A stretch of DNA of 64,000 nt from a virus (taxonomy: Duplodnaviria > Caudoviricetes). Position 1 is the first letter of the stretch. Each line of letters opens with the position of its first letter. The stretch lies in IMG/VR virus record IMGVR_UViG_3300035661_000004. One strand, 5' to 3'. This document shows, piece by piece, positions 36,426 to 45,964 of the stretch. Made by a program: the position numbers and the translations under genes. The notes beneath the pieces are model-generated. The model saw nothing but the letters and a program-made list of their open reading frames with translations. It had not been told where the DNA came from and did not search any database.

Positions 36426-38311
36426 TCCTTCACCACCATGAAGTTGTGCGTGAAGATGTACCGGCCCGGCTCGTCGCCTGCGGCATAGCACTGGTTTAAG
36501 CAGTAGATCGTTGCTACCAACCAACGCCCTTGCGGCTCAACAGAAGTGATGGTCTCCCAGCGGAAGCCGCTGTTGTCCTGCACCGGCAGCTGCTTGCCTA
36601 GCACGTCGGTCGAGTTGCACATTGAGCCGTCGCGCAGAGTCATCGGCGTGTTGTCCGAGCAAGTCAACGTGATGCCAGACTCAGAGGTCAGCTTTAGCAC
36701 GTTTTGCTCGCTGATACGGTTCGTGACAACCTGCCCTGCCATAGAGGACTCGCGCTGGTTCGGTTCGAGCAGCATGAGCGGGTCACCAGCTTGGAGGTTG
36801 CCTGCTTGCTTCTCGGTGAACGGCATGTAGGCTGTCACCTTGACAGATCCGCCGCCACCCCCGCCACCTGGGCTTGGTGAGCCTCCGCCGAATGCGCCGT
36901 TGTAGTTGACTTGCACTTGGTTGCTGAGCGTGTAGCCGAAGTTGTTCCAGACAGCGGCTTGGTAATAGTAACCCGACCCGATTTGAGGGCCGCCGTTCAT
37001 GCTAGTGCTGCCGCCCGTAGCCGCGGAGCCAGCCGGGAAGCTGATGGCTGAGCTGTTGTACGCTGGCACCCACCATTGACCGCCACCCAAGCCTGACGGC
37101 CTGACATTGGTCTGTAGGCCATTAAGGTCAGCGCCTGCAAAAATCGGTGCGCCGGTAAGCGGGCCGTTAGACCAGCCGTAGCTGATCGGGCCTATGCCCG
37201 TAGCGGTCAGCGACAGCGTAACCGGAGTCGTCCAGTTGGTGCTGACGGAGGTTGGCTGCACCGTGATGACCGGCGCCGTACCTGACGTGCTGACAACGAT
37301 GGAGTCTGAGCGGATCGTGCCGGCCGGCGTGATGCCATAGACCTGTGCGGATAGCGAGTGCGTGCCAGTCGAAGTTGCGGTCACGTTGAACGCCAAGGTA
37401 CCCACGCCGCCTGTGATATTGAGCGAGCCTACAATCGCGTTGTCAAAGTCGCCCGAGAGCCCACCGCCTGGGTTAGTCAGGATAGTGTTGACGGTAACAG
37501 TTTGGTCAACAGCTGATGTGAAGTGCAGCGTGATGACAGCATTCTGACCCACGGAGTACGGGCCTGCTGCAAAGGTCGCCGACGTGTACGTGATAGCAGA
37601 ACCAACAGGAGTGCCTGGGGTCGGCGACGGCGTGGAGGCAACGACGGTGACATTAGCTGTACGTGAACCGCCGACGATGTTGCTGCCCGTAGCGGTCGCT
37701 AGCATCGGGTGGAAGCCCGTTGTGACCGTGTTGACCGTGTAGTTCAGATAGCCGATGCCACCAATGATCTGCACTACAGTAGAGTGAGGGCCGCCGGCTC
37801 CCGAGTTGAGACCACCGTCATTGTTGACCAGCGTGACGGTGACCGGCGCAACTTGATCCGTCGGCGACGTGAATGTCAGGGTCAGGGTCGTGCTGCCCCC
37901 GATAGTGACGGATGTAGGTGAAAACTCAAGCGCGGCGTAGGTCACGTCGGTGCTTGGAGATGGGGTAGGTGTTGGGGTAGGGCTTGGAGTCGGGCTCGGG
38001 CTCGGCGTGCTGAACTCAGGGTGTGGCCACATCACAACCCATTGAGCCCCTGTAGTGAACATCTTCAGCTCATCATTCACCGGATTATACCACACCTGGC
38101 CAGCTGTCGGGTGTGCAGGCGCAACGCCGCTCGAGAAACTCTCCAAGAGCTTCATCAGGTTTTCGACCAGATGCTCGCCCCAGTTCTCAACACCCCTGCC
38201 TGTCAATGCCAGCGAAGTGGTCGAGGTATCGATTGACCCAGCGGACAAGGTAAACGGCGCCTTAAGGGAGTCGTTTGACCAGTTGATGGTGTAGTTATTG
38301 AGAGTCGCCAT
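36422..38311 (-). CDS. Tail fibre/whisker-like protein (paralog B) with C-terminal Hint domain
   Basis: Same N-terminal anchor as 19820..21391, with PSPTP linkers and Ig-like repeats. After a Gly6 linker comes SVKVTAY...AGNLQAGD...TLTCSDNTP...YIFTHN, then FMVVKE. Confidence 0.8.
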   Translation of the reverse strand: MATLNNYTINWSNDSLKAPFTLSAGSIDTSTTSLALTGRGVENWGEHLVENLMKLLESFSSGVAPAHPTAGQVWYNPVNDELKMFTTGAQWVVMWPHPEFSTPSPSPTPSPTPTPTPSPSTDVTYAALEFSPTSVTIGGSTTLTLTFTSPTDQVAPVTVTLVNNDGGLNSGAGGPHSTVVQIIGGIGYLNYTVNTVTTGFHPMLATATGSNIVGGSRTANVTVVASTPSPTPGTPVGSAITYTSATFAAGPYSVGQNAVITLHFTSAVDQTVTVNTILTNPGGGLSGDFDNAIVGSLNITGGVGTLAFNVTATSTGTHSLSAQVYGITPAGTIRSDSIVVSTSGTAPVITVQPTSVSTNWTTPVTLSLTATGIGPISYGWSNGPLTGAPIFAGADLNGLQTNVRPSGLGGGQWWVPAYNSSAISFPAGSAATGGSTSMNGGPQIGSGYYYQAAVWNNFGYTLSNQVQVNYNGAFGGGSPSPGGGGGGGSVKVTAYMPFTEKQAGNLQAGDPLMLLEPNQRESSMAGQVVTNRISEQNVLKLTSESGITLTCSDNTPMTLRDGSMCNSTDVLGKQLPVQDNSGFRWETITSVEPQGRWLVATIYCLNQCYAAGDEPGRYIFTHNFMVVKE

Positions 38312-38316
38312 AGAGC

Positions 38317-38322
38317 TATTTA
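38317..38322 (-). promoter_or_regulatory. Late promoter TAAATA
   Basis: TAAATA-gctct-ATG(38311). Confidence 0.65.
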
Positions 38323-38534
38323 AGAGTTCCAGTTGTCCACAAACCCCTCAGCCCAACCTTTTACGTCACCGTGGCTTGTATCGGTTGAATACAAGTCATC
38401 ACATTTGACAAAGCGAGCGCACTGAAGCCATGAACAATCATCAGCTTTACGTCAGTTCCGTCTTCGATGAAGGCTTGTTGTAAAGCCAAAGCGAGCTTAC
38501 GGGTCATTGACTCAAGGAGATGTTGGAGCTTCAT
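38320..38534 (-). CDS. QQ-helix family protein not in the ORF track (57 aa to TAA 38361, likely frameshifted tail to 38320)
   Basis: Hand translation: MKLQHLLESMTRKLALALQQAFIEDGTDVKL. ATGA-coupled to 38531..38872. Confidence 0.65.
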
Positions 38535-38872
38535 AGCTTGCTAATGCCTCGTTTGGCTAGCTGTTGATTGCGGTCCGCGAGCATTAGGTTTTCGCTGAGG
38601 GTCTTAAGAATGTCAAACACCTCAGCAAGCGTGTGAGTAAACGTACCCATTGGCGGAGCCTTAGACGTGCCGAGCACGAAGAGGTAAACCTTGGGGTCAT
38701 CCTGGTCTTTAGGCTTCAGCACTTCTACTAGCTTGAGACGACAGTCAAGCAGCTTGATAGTCGAGCTCGTTAGCTGAAGCGTGAGGTTAAGCAGCATCTT
38801 GACATCGAGGTAGTCAAGACGCTCAATGAGCTCCTGCTGTACCTCGAGCAAGTCACGCCTGGTCGCTGTCAT
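38531..38872 (-). CDS. QQ-helix family protein
   Basis: MTATRRDLLEVQQELIERLD. Confidence 0.7.
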   Translation of the reverse strand: MTATRRDLLEVQQELIERLDYLDVKMLLNLTLQLTSSTIKLLDCRLKLVEVLKPKDQDDPKVYLFVLGTSKAPPMGTFTHTLAEVFDILKTLSENLMLADRNQQLAKRGISKL

Positions 38873-38874
38873 GC

Positions 38875-41800
38875 TTACTTCTGCCTCAGCGTTGCACGGT
38901 CAAGGCCCTCTACAACGACAACGTCCTTCAGCTCAAGAGCCGAGACGAGAACCTCATCCTCGCCGGCCGAGATCTGCTGCAGGTCGCCGTAGTAGTTGGT
39001 CGGGAACTCAGGCACCAACACCGCAGCCGCAACATCAAGCGGCAGCTCCTTATGGATGACCGAAATCAGGCTCGTGGCGTAGAAGCTCGAGCTGAAGTCC
39101 AGGTTGTCGATCGAGAAGAAGTTGTTGACGATGTCGAGCACCTTTAGACGTAGCTGGTCATTTGCCAAGCGCGAGCTTGCCGTCTTGACTAGCTTGACCT
39201 TTGCGCGAAGCTCAGGCAGCGCCTTCGAGCCGAACAGCAGCTTGACCTTAGCTGGGTGAAGGATCGTCGTATCCGAGATCATCTTGTTTGTCAGCAGGCC
39301 GCGGTAGGTAGCGCGCAGCTCGAACGGAGTTGGCGGTACCGGCTCTACGGTTGACGTGCCTCGCACATAGTCCACAAGGCGCGAGTAGTAGCCACGCGTC
39401 AGCACAAACATGTCGATGATGTTGGACGGCGCTGGGTCAATCAAGCTCTCTTGAGCCGCATAGTGGATCCAGACAAAGTCGAGAGCCTCACGGCCGCGCT
39501 TCCGCACGATGCTGCCTGCGGTGTCATTGACGTACGTCAGGCTCTGCAGGTAAGCGGTCTTCGGTGCAGGCGTAAGCTTGCCGGTCACGCTGTCCGCGGT
39601 GAAGTACACGTAGCTGTTGTCCGCAACGAAGTCGAGGAAGAGGAAGGACGCATACGGCCTGCCGTCCGCAGCTGCAGCGGCTTCGTCAAGCACGGTAGGC
39701 GTTAGCAGCAGCGCTGAGTCATTGGTAGAACCGTCAGCGTTGATGAACGAGCCGACAGTCATGTACTTTTGGTCCACGCCCAGGGCTGCGGTGCCGTCCG
39801 CGGTCATGTTGGACTTCAGCAGCTTAACGGTGTCAAACACGCGCTTCTTCGTCTCAGGGTCAACGAGGTAGGTGCCTGGGCTGAACCAGAACTTTGAAGT
39901 CGGGCTTTCAAGGGCCAGCTTGTAGTTACGACGAGTCAGCCGCCACGAGTCAAGCGAGCCGTCAGCCGCGTCGACGCGCTCAACAATCATGATCCAGCTC
40001 TTGACGGAGTCGGACACGTCATACGGCAGCGCTTCAGCGTTGGCCGAGAGCGAAGCTTCGTTGATCAGCTCGAACTTGCCCAGCAAGTTCTTCTTATAGA
40101 TGGTCGGCATCATGACCGTGAACGAGTCGCGTTCCAGCTTGATGATGAAGGCGTCACCAACTACCAAGGTAGTTGACTGGCCGTTCGGGATTCCGAGAAC
40201 GAAGCTGATATAGCCGTTCGAGTAAGCTTCGCCTACAACGCCTGACGGCTGTAATCCGCGCTTCTTGCTGTAAACGCTGAATGTACCCACGTCAGCATCG
40301 ATGATTTCGATCGTGTACACATCCTCCAAGCCGCTTTGTGAGATGTTTGCCGCCGTGAGGAAGTCAGTCGAGGTCACGTTGACAGCGTTGGCCGGGTTGA
40401 TGACGAGCGCCGAAGCGAACGGACGGTCGGGCACAAACTTGACGCCAAAGCGCCGCTGACGGCTGACAAAGTTTTGAACGCTCGAGACCGCACCTGGCCA
40501 CGGAGCTAAGCTGTACGCGCTCGATGCATAGGTAACGAGCTTCAGGGCTGAGTCATAGACCCGCTTGTCGCTGTCAGCGTTGACTACGCCGAAGACGGAC
40601 TGAGGCGGCGTGGTCTCAGTCAGGTCAGGGCCCAGGTAGACCAGCCGTTCAGGCTCGCCGTACCAGTGCCTGTCGAGCGCGCCCTGGATGACCGTCTTCT
40701 CTTGCAAGCCTAGGCTATAGTCCTCGATGAAAGAGACGCGCGGCCGGATGTAAGCGTCAGACAGCGGGAATGACGACTGGCTAAAAGCGTAGCTGATTAG
40801 GTTGTAGATGCCTGGCTCTGAGAGCGCAGGTTCGAGAACCTGATCGATGAACGTCCGAGCCGATACCTTGTAGGAGGTAGCTTCAGCTCCGATGTCAAAG
40901 AAGATGCGGCCGTCATCACCGAACAGCTTGATGTTCTGGTACTTGGTGGAGGCGTCATTCCACTCGATGTACTTCGGCTGACCGGCAAAGGTCCGATTGA
41001 CAGCCTTCAGCTTGAGGATAGACGGGTCTTGCAGCAGGAAGTTGTTGTAATCCTGCCCGTTGACCATGCGGTCCTGGGTGTAGAAGTTACCAGGAGCCGC
41101 TTGCTTGATATGCTCGAAGTCCTCAGAGTCGGCCGAGTTTTGCAGCGCGGCTGTCAACGAGAAGGTCAACGTGCAGGTCTCACGGCGGCCCTGCTTCGAG
41201 TTGTAGACGAAGGTAGTCGAGCTGTCAACGATGTCGGTCTTTGAGACCGTCAGGCTACCACTGGTAGACGTGCGAGTCCAGATGTTGAACGAGCCGAGCG
41301 GGATCGCAGCATAGTCGCCCGAGCCGAAGACGAGCCGGATCTGGTCACGCTCGCGCGTCTCGACCTCGAACTTCTTCTGGTTGCTGATCGTGTTGAAGGC
41401 AAGGTTCGAGCCGTTAACGGCATCTACCTGCTCCCACTCGTAGAGGATGTTGCCTGCGGTGTCGACCTCATGCAGCCACACGTCAACGTCGTTGATATTC
41501 GGCAGGTCAACGTCGATGACACGGTTCGGCTGGAGGTCGGTGAAGGTGTACGGCAGCTTCTGCAGGACGCCTTGCTTCAAGTACATCAGGAAGCCGGTCA
41601 TGTCTGACGAGTCACCGTAGCCATCATCGCTGTAGACAAGCGAGAAGTGCTGATTCGGGTCAGGGCTGCGCTCGAAGACGCCGGAATCGTCCACGTCGGC
41701 AGGTACCAGCTCAAACTTGAGCTCTTGACCGTTGACGTTCACAGACAATGGCAGGGTGCCGTTCTCAAAGGAGGTGCCGTCGGCTTCAGCTTCGAGCAGG

Positions 41801-42354
41801 TTCAGCAGCTCATACTGCTGGATGATCATGTCATCAACCTGTGTCGACTTAAACGGCGCGCCAAGCTGAGTAGCCAGCAGGCGGTTCATGACGAGCTGGA
41901 ACTGCTCACGCCACAGCGGATTGTTCGGGTCAGCCCACTTGACAACCTTGTTGGTCAGGCTATTGCCTTGCGAGTCGACCAGGTTCTCTGAGCATGCAAC
42001 AGACGTCAGCTTAACAAAGCCACGCAGCGGCAGGTTACGTGACGCTGAGTAGGAGACGAGGTTGGCGAGGCGAAGGATATTCTGCTTCCGGCGGGCCGTC
42101 GGCAGCATGTTCTCATGTGCAGCCATGTCGACACGGTAAGCGTGCTGCTCGGCGACATAGGCAAACAGGTCGATGATGGCTACCAGCTCCGAGCTGTCAA
42201 TGTAGTCATTGAAGTTCTCGGGATAGTTCAGCTTCAGGTAGTCAAGCAGGGACTGCTTGACCGCATCGAAATCGTACGCGGTGAAGTTAATCTGCTCAAA
42301 AGCCTTATAGACTTTATCCCAGCTCTCAGCTGCGTACAAGAGTGTGTTAGTCAT
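38875..42354 (-). CDS. gp6: Baseplate wedge protein (gp6-like)
   Basis: FTAYDFDAVKQSLLDYLK..YPENFNDY..SSELVAIIDLFAYV, ARRKQNILRLA, and E..EHIKQAAP..FYTQDRMVNGQDY are gp6/baseplate-J motifs. Confidence 0.85.
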   Translation of the reverse strand: MTNTLLYAAESWDKVYKAFEQINFTAYDFDAVKQSLLDYLKLNYPENFNDYIDSSELVAIIDLFAYVAEQHAYRVDMAAHENMLPTARRKQNILRLANLVSYSASRNLPLRGFVKLTSVACSENLVDSQGNSLTNKVVKWADPNNPLWREQFQLVMNRLLATQLGAPFKSTQVDDMIIQQYELLNLLEAEADGTSFENGTLPLSVNVNGQELKFELVPADVDDSGVFERSPDPNQHFSLVYSDDGYGDSSDMTGFLMYLKQGVLQKLPYTFTDLQPNRVIDVDLPNINDVDVWLHEVDTAGNILYEWEQVDAVNGSNLAFNTISNQKKFEVETRERDQIRLVFGSGDYAAIPLGSFNIWTRTSTSGSLTVSKTDIVDSSTTFVYNSKQGRRETCTLTFSLTAALQNSADSEDFEHIKQAAPGNFYTQDRMVNGQDYNNFLLQDPSILKLKAVNRTFAGQPKYIEWNDASTKYQNIKLFGDDGRIFFDIGAEATSYKVSARTFIDQVLEPALSEPGIYNLISYAFSQSSFPLSDAYIRPRVSFIEDYSLGLQEKTVIQGALDRHWYGEPERLVYLGPDLTETTPPQSVFGVVNADSDKRVYDSALKLVTYASSAYSLAPWPGAVSSVQNFVSRQRRFGVKFVPDRPFASALVINPANAVNVTSTDFLTAANISQSGLEDVYTIEIIDADVGTFSVYSKKRGLQPSGVVGEAYSNGYISFVLGIPNGQSTTLVVGDAFIIKLERDSFTVMMPTIYKKNLLGKFELINEASLSANAEALPYDVSDSVKSWIMIVERVDAADGSLDSWRLTRRNYKLALESPTSKFWFSPGTYLVDPETKKRVFDTVKLLKSNMTADGTAALGVDQKYMTVGSFINADGSTNDSALLLTPTVLDEAAAAADGRPYASFLFLDFVADNSYVYFTADSVTGKLTPAPKTAYLQSLTYVNDTAGSIVRKRGREALDFVWIHYAAQESLIDPAPSNIIDMFVLTRGYYSRLVDYVRGTSTVEPVPPTPFELRATYRGLLTNKMISDTTILHPAKVKLLFGSKALPELRAKVKLVKTASSRLANDQLRLKVLDIVNNFFSIDNLDFSSSFYATSLISVIHKELPLDVAAAVLVPEFPTNYYGDLQQISAGEDEVLVSALELKDVVVVEGLDRATLRQK

Positions 42355-42359
42355 AGGGC

Positions 42360-43130
42360 TTATTTAGTCAGGTAGGCAATTGCGTTGTCAAGCGACTCTT
42401 GCCTGCCAGTCACGGCTTCATCTTCGATGAAGATTGGGCGCTTAGGGTAGTGCTTCGTCCAGTCACGCTTAAGCAGCTCCTCATACGTCTCGCCCCAGTG
42501 GAAGATCTCTACGTTAACAAGCTGCTCGACCTTGGAGCGAGGTTGACGACCGGGAACCATCAACGAGTCCTGGTCATCAATGATGATGACGACTTTCTGG
42601 TAGAGGGTAGAGAACCGATGACCATCATCCACAGGCGCAAGGACAAACACAAACCTGTCTGTTGTTGCGCCGTCTGCGGAAACACCTTTGGTCTTGATGA
42701 TGTTGCTGACAGTCTCGTAGTCAAGGTTCTCGAGGTCCTGCTGAAACTTCAAGATGCGCCGCTTTATTGGCACGACACCTTCATCCTCCTTGACCACGGG
42801 CGGCACGTAGGAGAGGCACTTAGGCAAGCGCTTGTACTTGTCCTTCAGCACAGCCACAAGCTCCTGCACGGTCCGGAACTTCTTCTCATGCTTCGAGTCA
42901 ACGAAGTAGGTGCTCGTGTCCTCCCAGCCAAACAGCGGCTTGTAGAGCTTGATCACGTCCCTGAGCCCATAGCCCTTGACCACGATGCAAAGCTTCGAGC
43001 GGTTTATAATTCCGGGTTTTGAGCTGGACTTGACTTCGGCCTCGAAGCCCTTTGCCTCGAGCTCCTTAGCGAAGCGAGACAGGGTTGTATGGGCGCTAGG
43101 GCCTGTATCGAGCAGTTCAAGTAGCTTCAT
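42360..43130 (-). CDS. Two-module QQ-helix family protein
   Basis: MKLLELLD start at 43130 and internal RRILKFQQDLENLDYE. Confidence 0.7.
   Translation of the reverse strand: MKLLELLDTGPSAHTTLSRFAKELEAKGFEAEVKSSSKPGIINRSKLCIVVKGYGLRDVIKLYKPLFGWEDTSTYFVDSKHEKKFRTVQELVAVLKDKYKRLPKCLSYVPPVVKEDEGVVPIKRRILKFQQDLENLDYETVSNIIKTKGVSADGATTDRFVFVLAPVDDGHRFSTLYQKVVIIIDDQDSLMVPGRQPRSKVEQLVNVEIFHWGETYEELLKRDWTKHYPKRPIFIEDEAVTGRQESLDNAIAYLTK
42361..42366 (-). promoter_or_regulatory. Late promoter TAAATA
   Basis: TAAATA-agccct-ATG(42354). Confidence 0.65.
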
Positions 43131-43795
43131 GCTGGCATCGCCCAACGCTTAAGATTTGTTCCTGGCTTCAGCGTGACGCTGTGGATAAAGTTGGTATGCC
43201 CGGCCACTTTCTTGTGCTTGTTGCCTGGATCATCGACATACATGGCAACGCCCATGCTCATATCGTCTGGGAAATGGTAAGCAGTCGTCCAATGGTTGTC
43301 CGACTCTTTTCTTGCGAGCAACAGGATACCGCCCTCAACATCAGTCTCTTGATGCTTAATGACGGTTGGCCCGTAGTTGTGCCGCATCACCCACTTTGAC
43401 GCTTGAAGCTTTGTCTCGTAGTCCTCATCAATGAGGTACTGTTGAAATTCTAGCGCTTCTGACCGGGCGCTCTCTTTAAGCTCTTGTTGCTGCTCCACCC
43501 AGTTAGCCAATGGCTGCATCGTCATAAACTCATTTACGTCATTGCAAAATCCACGGCCGCTAGCCGCATTCGTGTCCCAATAAAACATCGCGACGGTTAT
43601 CTTGTTGTCGATGCATAAGGCCATGTTAGACAGCGGCTGACCTACATCCTTATCGTTGACCTCTTTCCAATAGCCTTGCGTTGGGTCAATCTTGACGATT
43701 CGAATGTCACTCTCAGGCAAGAGCTCGACGAGTTCTTGCTGAGCCTTTAGGATGGCTGACCGATCAGTTTCTTCAAGCAGTGACTGCAGCTTCAT
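43127..43795 (-). CDS. Two-module QQ-helix family protein
   Basis: MKLQSLLEETDRSAILKAQQELVELLP and internal EALEFQQYLIDEDYE. Confidence 0.75.
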   Translation of the reverse strand: MKLQSLLEETDRSAILKAQQELVELLPESDIRIVKIDPTQGYWKEVNDKDVGQPLSNMALCIDNKITVAMFYWDTNAASGRGFCNDVNEFMTMQPLANWVEQQQELKESARSEALEFQQYLIDEDYETKLQASKWVMRHNYGPTVIKHQETDVEGGILLLARKESDNHWTTAYHFPDDMSMGVAMYVDDPGNKHKKVAGHTNFIHSVTLKPGTNLKRWAMPA

Positions 43796-44169
43796 CGCGA
43801 ACCCACCTCGATCCTCAAGTCCTTAGTGACATTGAACTCGATGTATTGGATCTTAGCCACGCAGATAAGCCGGTGGTTGTCCATGTCCGAGATGATGTCG
43901 CACTCTTGCAGCCGCACGCGGGGGTCACCGTTGATGACCTTCAGCACGTCCTCCTTCAAGATGTCCGCGGTGACGGTGTCGTTCGGCTCGAAGACCAGTA
44001 ACGGGATGCGCGTGCCGAAGTCAGGCTGCATGATTCGCTCACCCTTGACGGTGAACAACTCGTTGAAGAGGTCCTCTTGGATCAGCTCGACGTTGTAGAG
44101 GGTGAAGCCTTTGCCGACATTCTCGTAGCCTTTGGTGCTGAACCCACGGTAGAACTTGTACTGGCTCAT
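43792..44169 (-). CDS. gp25: Baseplate wedge subunit gp25-like
   Basis: LFTVKGERIMQPDFGTRIPLLVFEP...DPRV. Confidence 0.9.
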   Translation of the reverse strand: MSQYKFYRGFSTKGYENVGKGFTLYNVELIQEDLFNELFTVKGERIMQPDFGTRIPLLVFEPNDTVTADILKEDVLKVINGDPRVRLQECDIISDMDNHRLICVAKIQYIEFNVTKDLRIEVGSR

Positions 44170-44456
44170 AAGTTATGCCCATGTGCGTAGTCAGCAAACT
44201 CTTGGCCGCTGTAAAAATAGACCGAGTGGAAGCTTCGAGTACGGTCATCGATGACGTTTCTAACGATGCATTCTCGCTCGTTGTACTTGAAGGCGTATAG
44301 CAGCATAGGAGCCCGCTCATCCCTGCTCACAGAGAGCTTGAACTTGTTGCCACCTAGGTGCTTGACATCAACCTCCCACCCAAGGTCAATCAGCTCCTGC
44401 TGAAATTTCAGCACGAAGGTACGGCGTTCATCTTCAAAGATGGCTACGAGCTTCAT
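44166..44456 (-). CDS. QQ-helix family protein
   Basis: MKLVAIFEDERRTFVLKFQQELIDLGWEV. TAAATA 6 nt upstream. Confidence 0.75.
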   Translation of the reverse strand: MKLVAIFEDERRTFVLKFQQELIDLGWEVDVKHLGGNKFKLSVSRDERAPMLLYAFKYNERECIVRNVIDDRTRSFHSVYFYSGQEFADYAHGHNL

Positions 44457-45964
44457 CCAATGTATTTAAAATTGCGAGGCTCGTTCTTAGCAAAGGCTGA
44501 GTCCTCATCACGCACCCATGACTCATGCTCAGGCTTGACCATGCCGCCTGCTTTGCCCTGCTGAGGCATCTCGCCCATGTACGGCACAGAGAGGACTTTA
44601 TGACCGCTGTAAGCGCTGGACGAGCTCGCACCGCCTGTAACCACGATGGTAGAGTTATTGTCGGTGTCCTTGAGGTTCATGCTCGCACCGCTTTGCCAGT
44701 TGACGCTCGGGAACGCCAGGTTGACACTTGGGCCCTGCAAGTTGACGGAACCCGAAGACTTGACGTTGAAGCCCTCGCTGCCGCGCACCGTTAGCAACGT
44801 GCCTTGCTGGCTCACCGACTGGACCTTGCCGGCTGAATCAAGCTCGATGTTGCTCGTACCCGACCCGCCCTTCTCAGGCCAACGATAGATCACGTCGAGC
44901 GGGTTGCTTGTCTGGACAGTCTCAGCTCCGAGAGCGCCCGCTTGAGGGCCGTTGAAGGTCTTTAGCTTGAGGTCACGGCTTGCAGCGATCAACACGTCGG
45001 CGTTTGTAGACTTTAATGTCACATCGCACTTGGCGGTCACGTGAACCGAGCGCTCCTCGCTCTTGATGTGGACGCGCTTGTTCGCGACGATGTTGATGTT
45101 CTCGTCGGAGTACAAGTTGAGGTCATTCTTGGCTCGAATGCTGACCTTCGAGTCGGAGTAGACGTAGATCTTGCCGTTACCTTCGTCGAGCTCGATGTAG
45201 TTCTTACCTTCAGCCGTCGAGATGTAGATCCGCTCATTAGTGTCGTCGAGGATGATTTGAGAGCCGTTAGTGGTTTTCAGCCTGATACGGCAATGCTCAT
45301 CTACGTCCGACATCACGAACATGTGCCGGCCAGGCGAGGTTAGCGAGACGGCCTGTGAGTCAGCTTTAGCTGGCTCGAGAGGCTTAGGCGCATAGCCGTT
45401 GTCCGTAGGCTTGTTGTTGTTCTTGTTAGATGGGTGGCTGACAGATCGCTCATAGCCGCCTCGCGTTTTGAAGTGGGTTGACCCCTTCCACAAGCCTGCC
45501 TTCTGAAGCTTCTCTTGCGCGTGCGGGAAGTCCTTTTGCGGGTAGACACCCGATTCGTCAATCTCAGACGTAACGCCGTCAATGCCTGCAGGCAAGGTCC
45601 GGTTGTGCTCAGGAATGTAGACGCAACCGACCCAAAACCGGTTGTCAGGGTTGCCGTCAATGCAACCGACCAGCACCTGGGCGCTGTTCTTCGGGATCGC
45701 CCAGAAGCCGTAGGCTGAGATGCCTGGTAGGGTCTCCCCCTCTGGCCCCACAGCAAAGTTGGCTGTCACGCCGCCGAACGGCGACACGTATGTAGCCCAA
45801 GGCAAGTCAGCGACATTAAAGCTGTTTGCGTCATAGGCGGGCACGTAAATTTGCAGCCGTCCTTGCTGAGCAGGGTCAGCGTTATTCTTGACAATGCCTA
45901 AGGTCATGCCGTACTGCTTGCCGTAGCCCGGAATGCCTGAGGCGCCGTGGTTGATCTCTTTCAT
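44453..45964 (-). CDS. gp5: Baseplate central spike, gp5/VgrG-like OB-fold with beta-helix
   Basis: GIVKNNADPAQQGRLQIYVP, GFWAIPKNSAQVLVGCIDGNPDNRFWVG, then beta-helix repeats. Confidence 0.8.
   Translation of the reverse strand: MKEINHGASGIPGYGKQYGMTLGIVKNNADPAQQGRLQIYVPAYDANSFNVADLPWATYVSPFGGVTANFAVGPEGETLPGISAYGFWAIPKNSAQVLVGCIDGNPDNRFWVGCVYIPEHNRTLPAGIDGVTSEIDESGVYPQKDFPHAQEKLQKAGLWKGSTHFKTRGGYERSVSHPSNKNNNKPTDNGYAPKPLEPAKADSQAVSLTSPGRHMFVMSDVDEHCRIRLKTTNGSQIILDDTNERIYISTAEGKNYIELDEGNGKIYVYSDSKVSIRAKNDLNLYSDENINIVANKRVHIKSEERSVHVTAKCDVTLKSTNADVLIAASRDLKLKTFNGPQAGALGAETVQTSNPLDVIYRWPEKGGSGTSNIELDSAGKVQSVSQQGTLLTVRGSEGFNVKSSGSVNLQGPSVNLAFPSVNWQSGASMNLKDTDNNSTIVVTGGASSSSAYSGHKVLSVPYMGEMPQQGKAGGMVKPEHESWVRDEDSAFAKNEPRNFKYIG
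44463..44468 (-). promoter_or_regulatory. Late promoter TAAATA
   Basis: TAAATA-cattgg-ATG(44456). Confidence 0.6.

Noticed and set aside
42399-43022. Long plus-strand ORFs opposite structural genes (also 30782..31555, 16808..17356, 18584..19111)
   Set aside because: They fully overlap better-supported minus-strand genes and have no recognisable motifs, as expected for shadows in GC-rich coding DNA.
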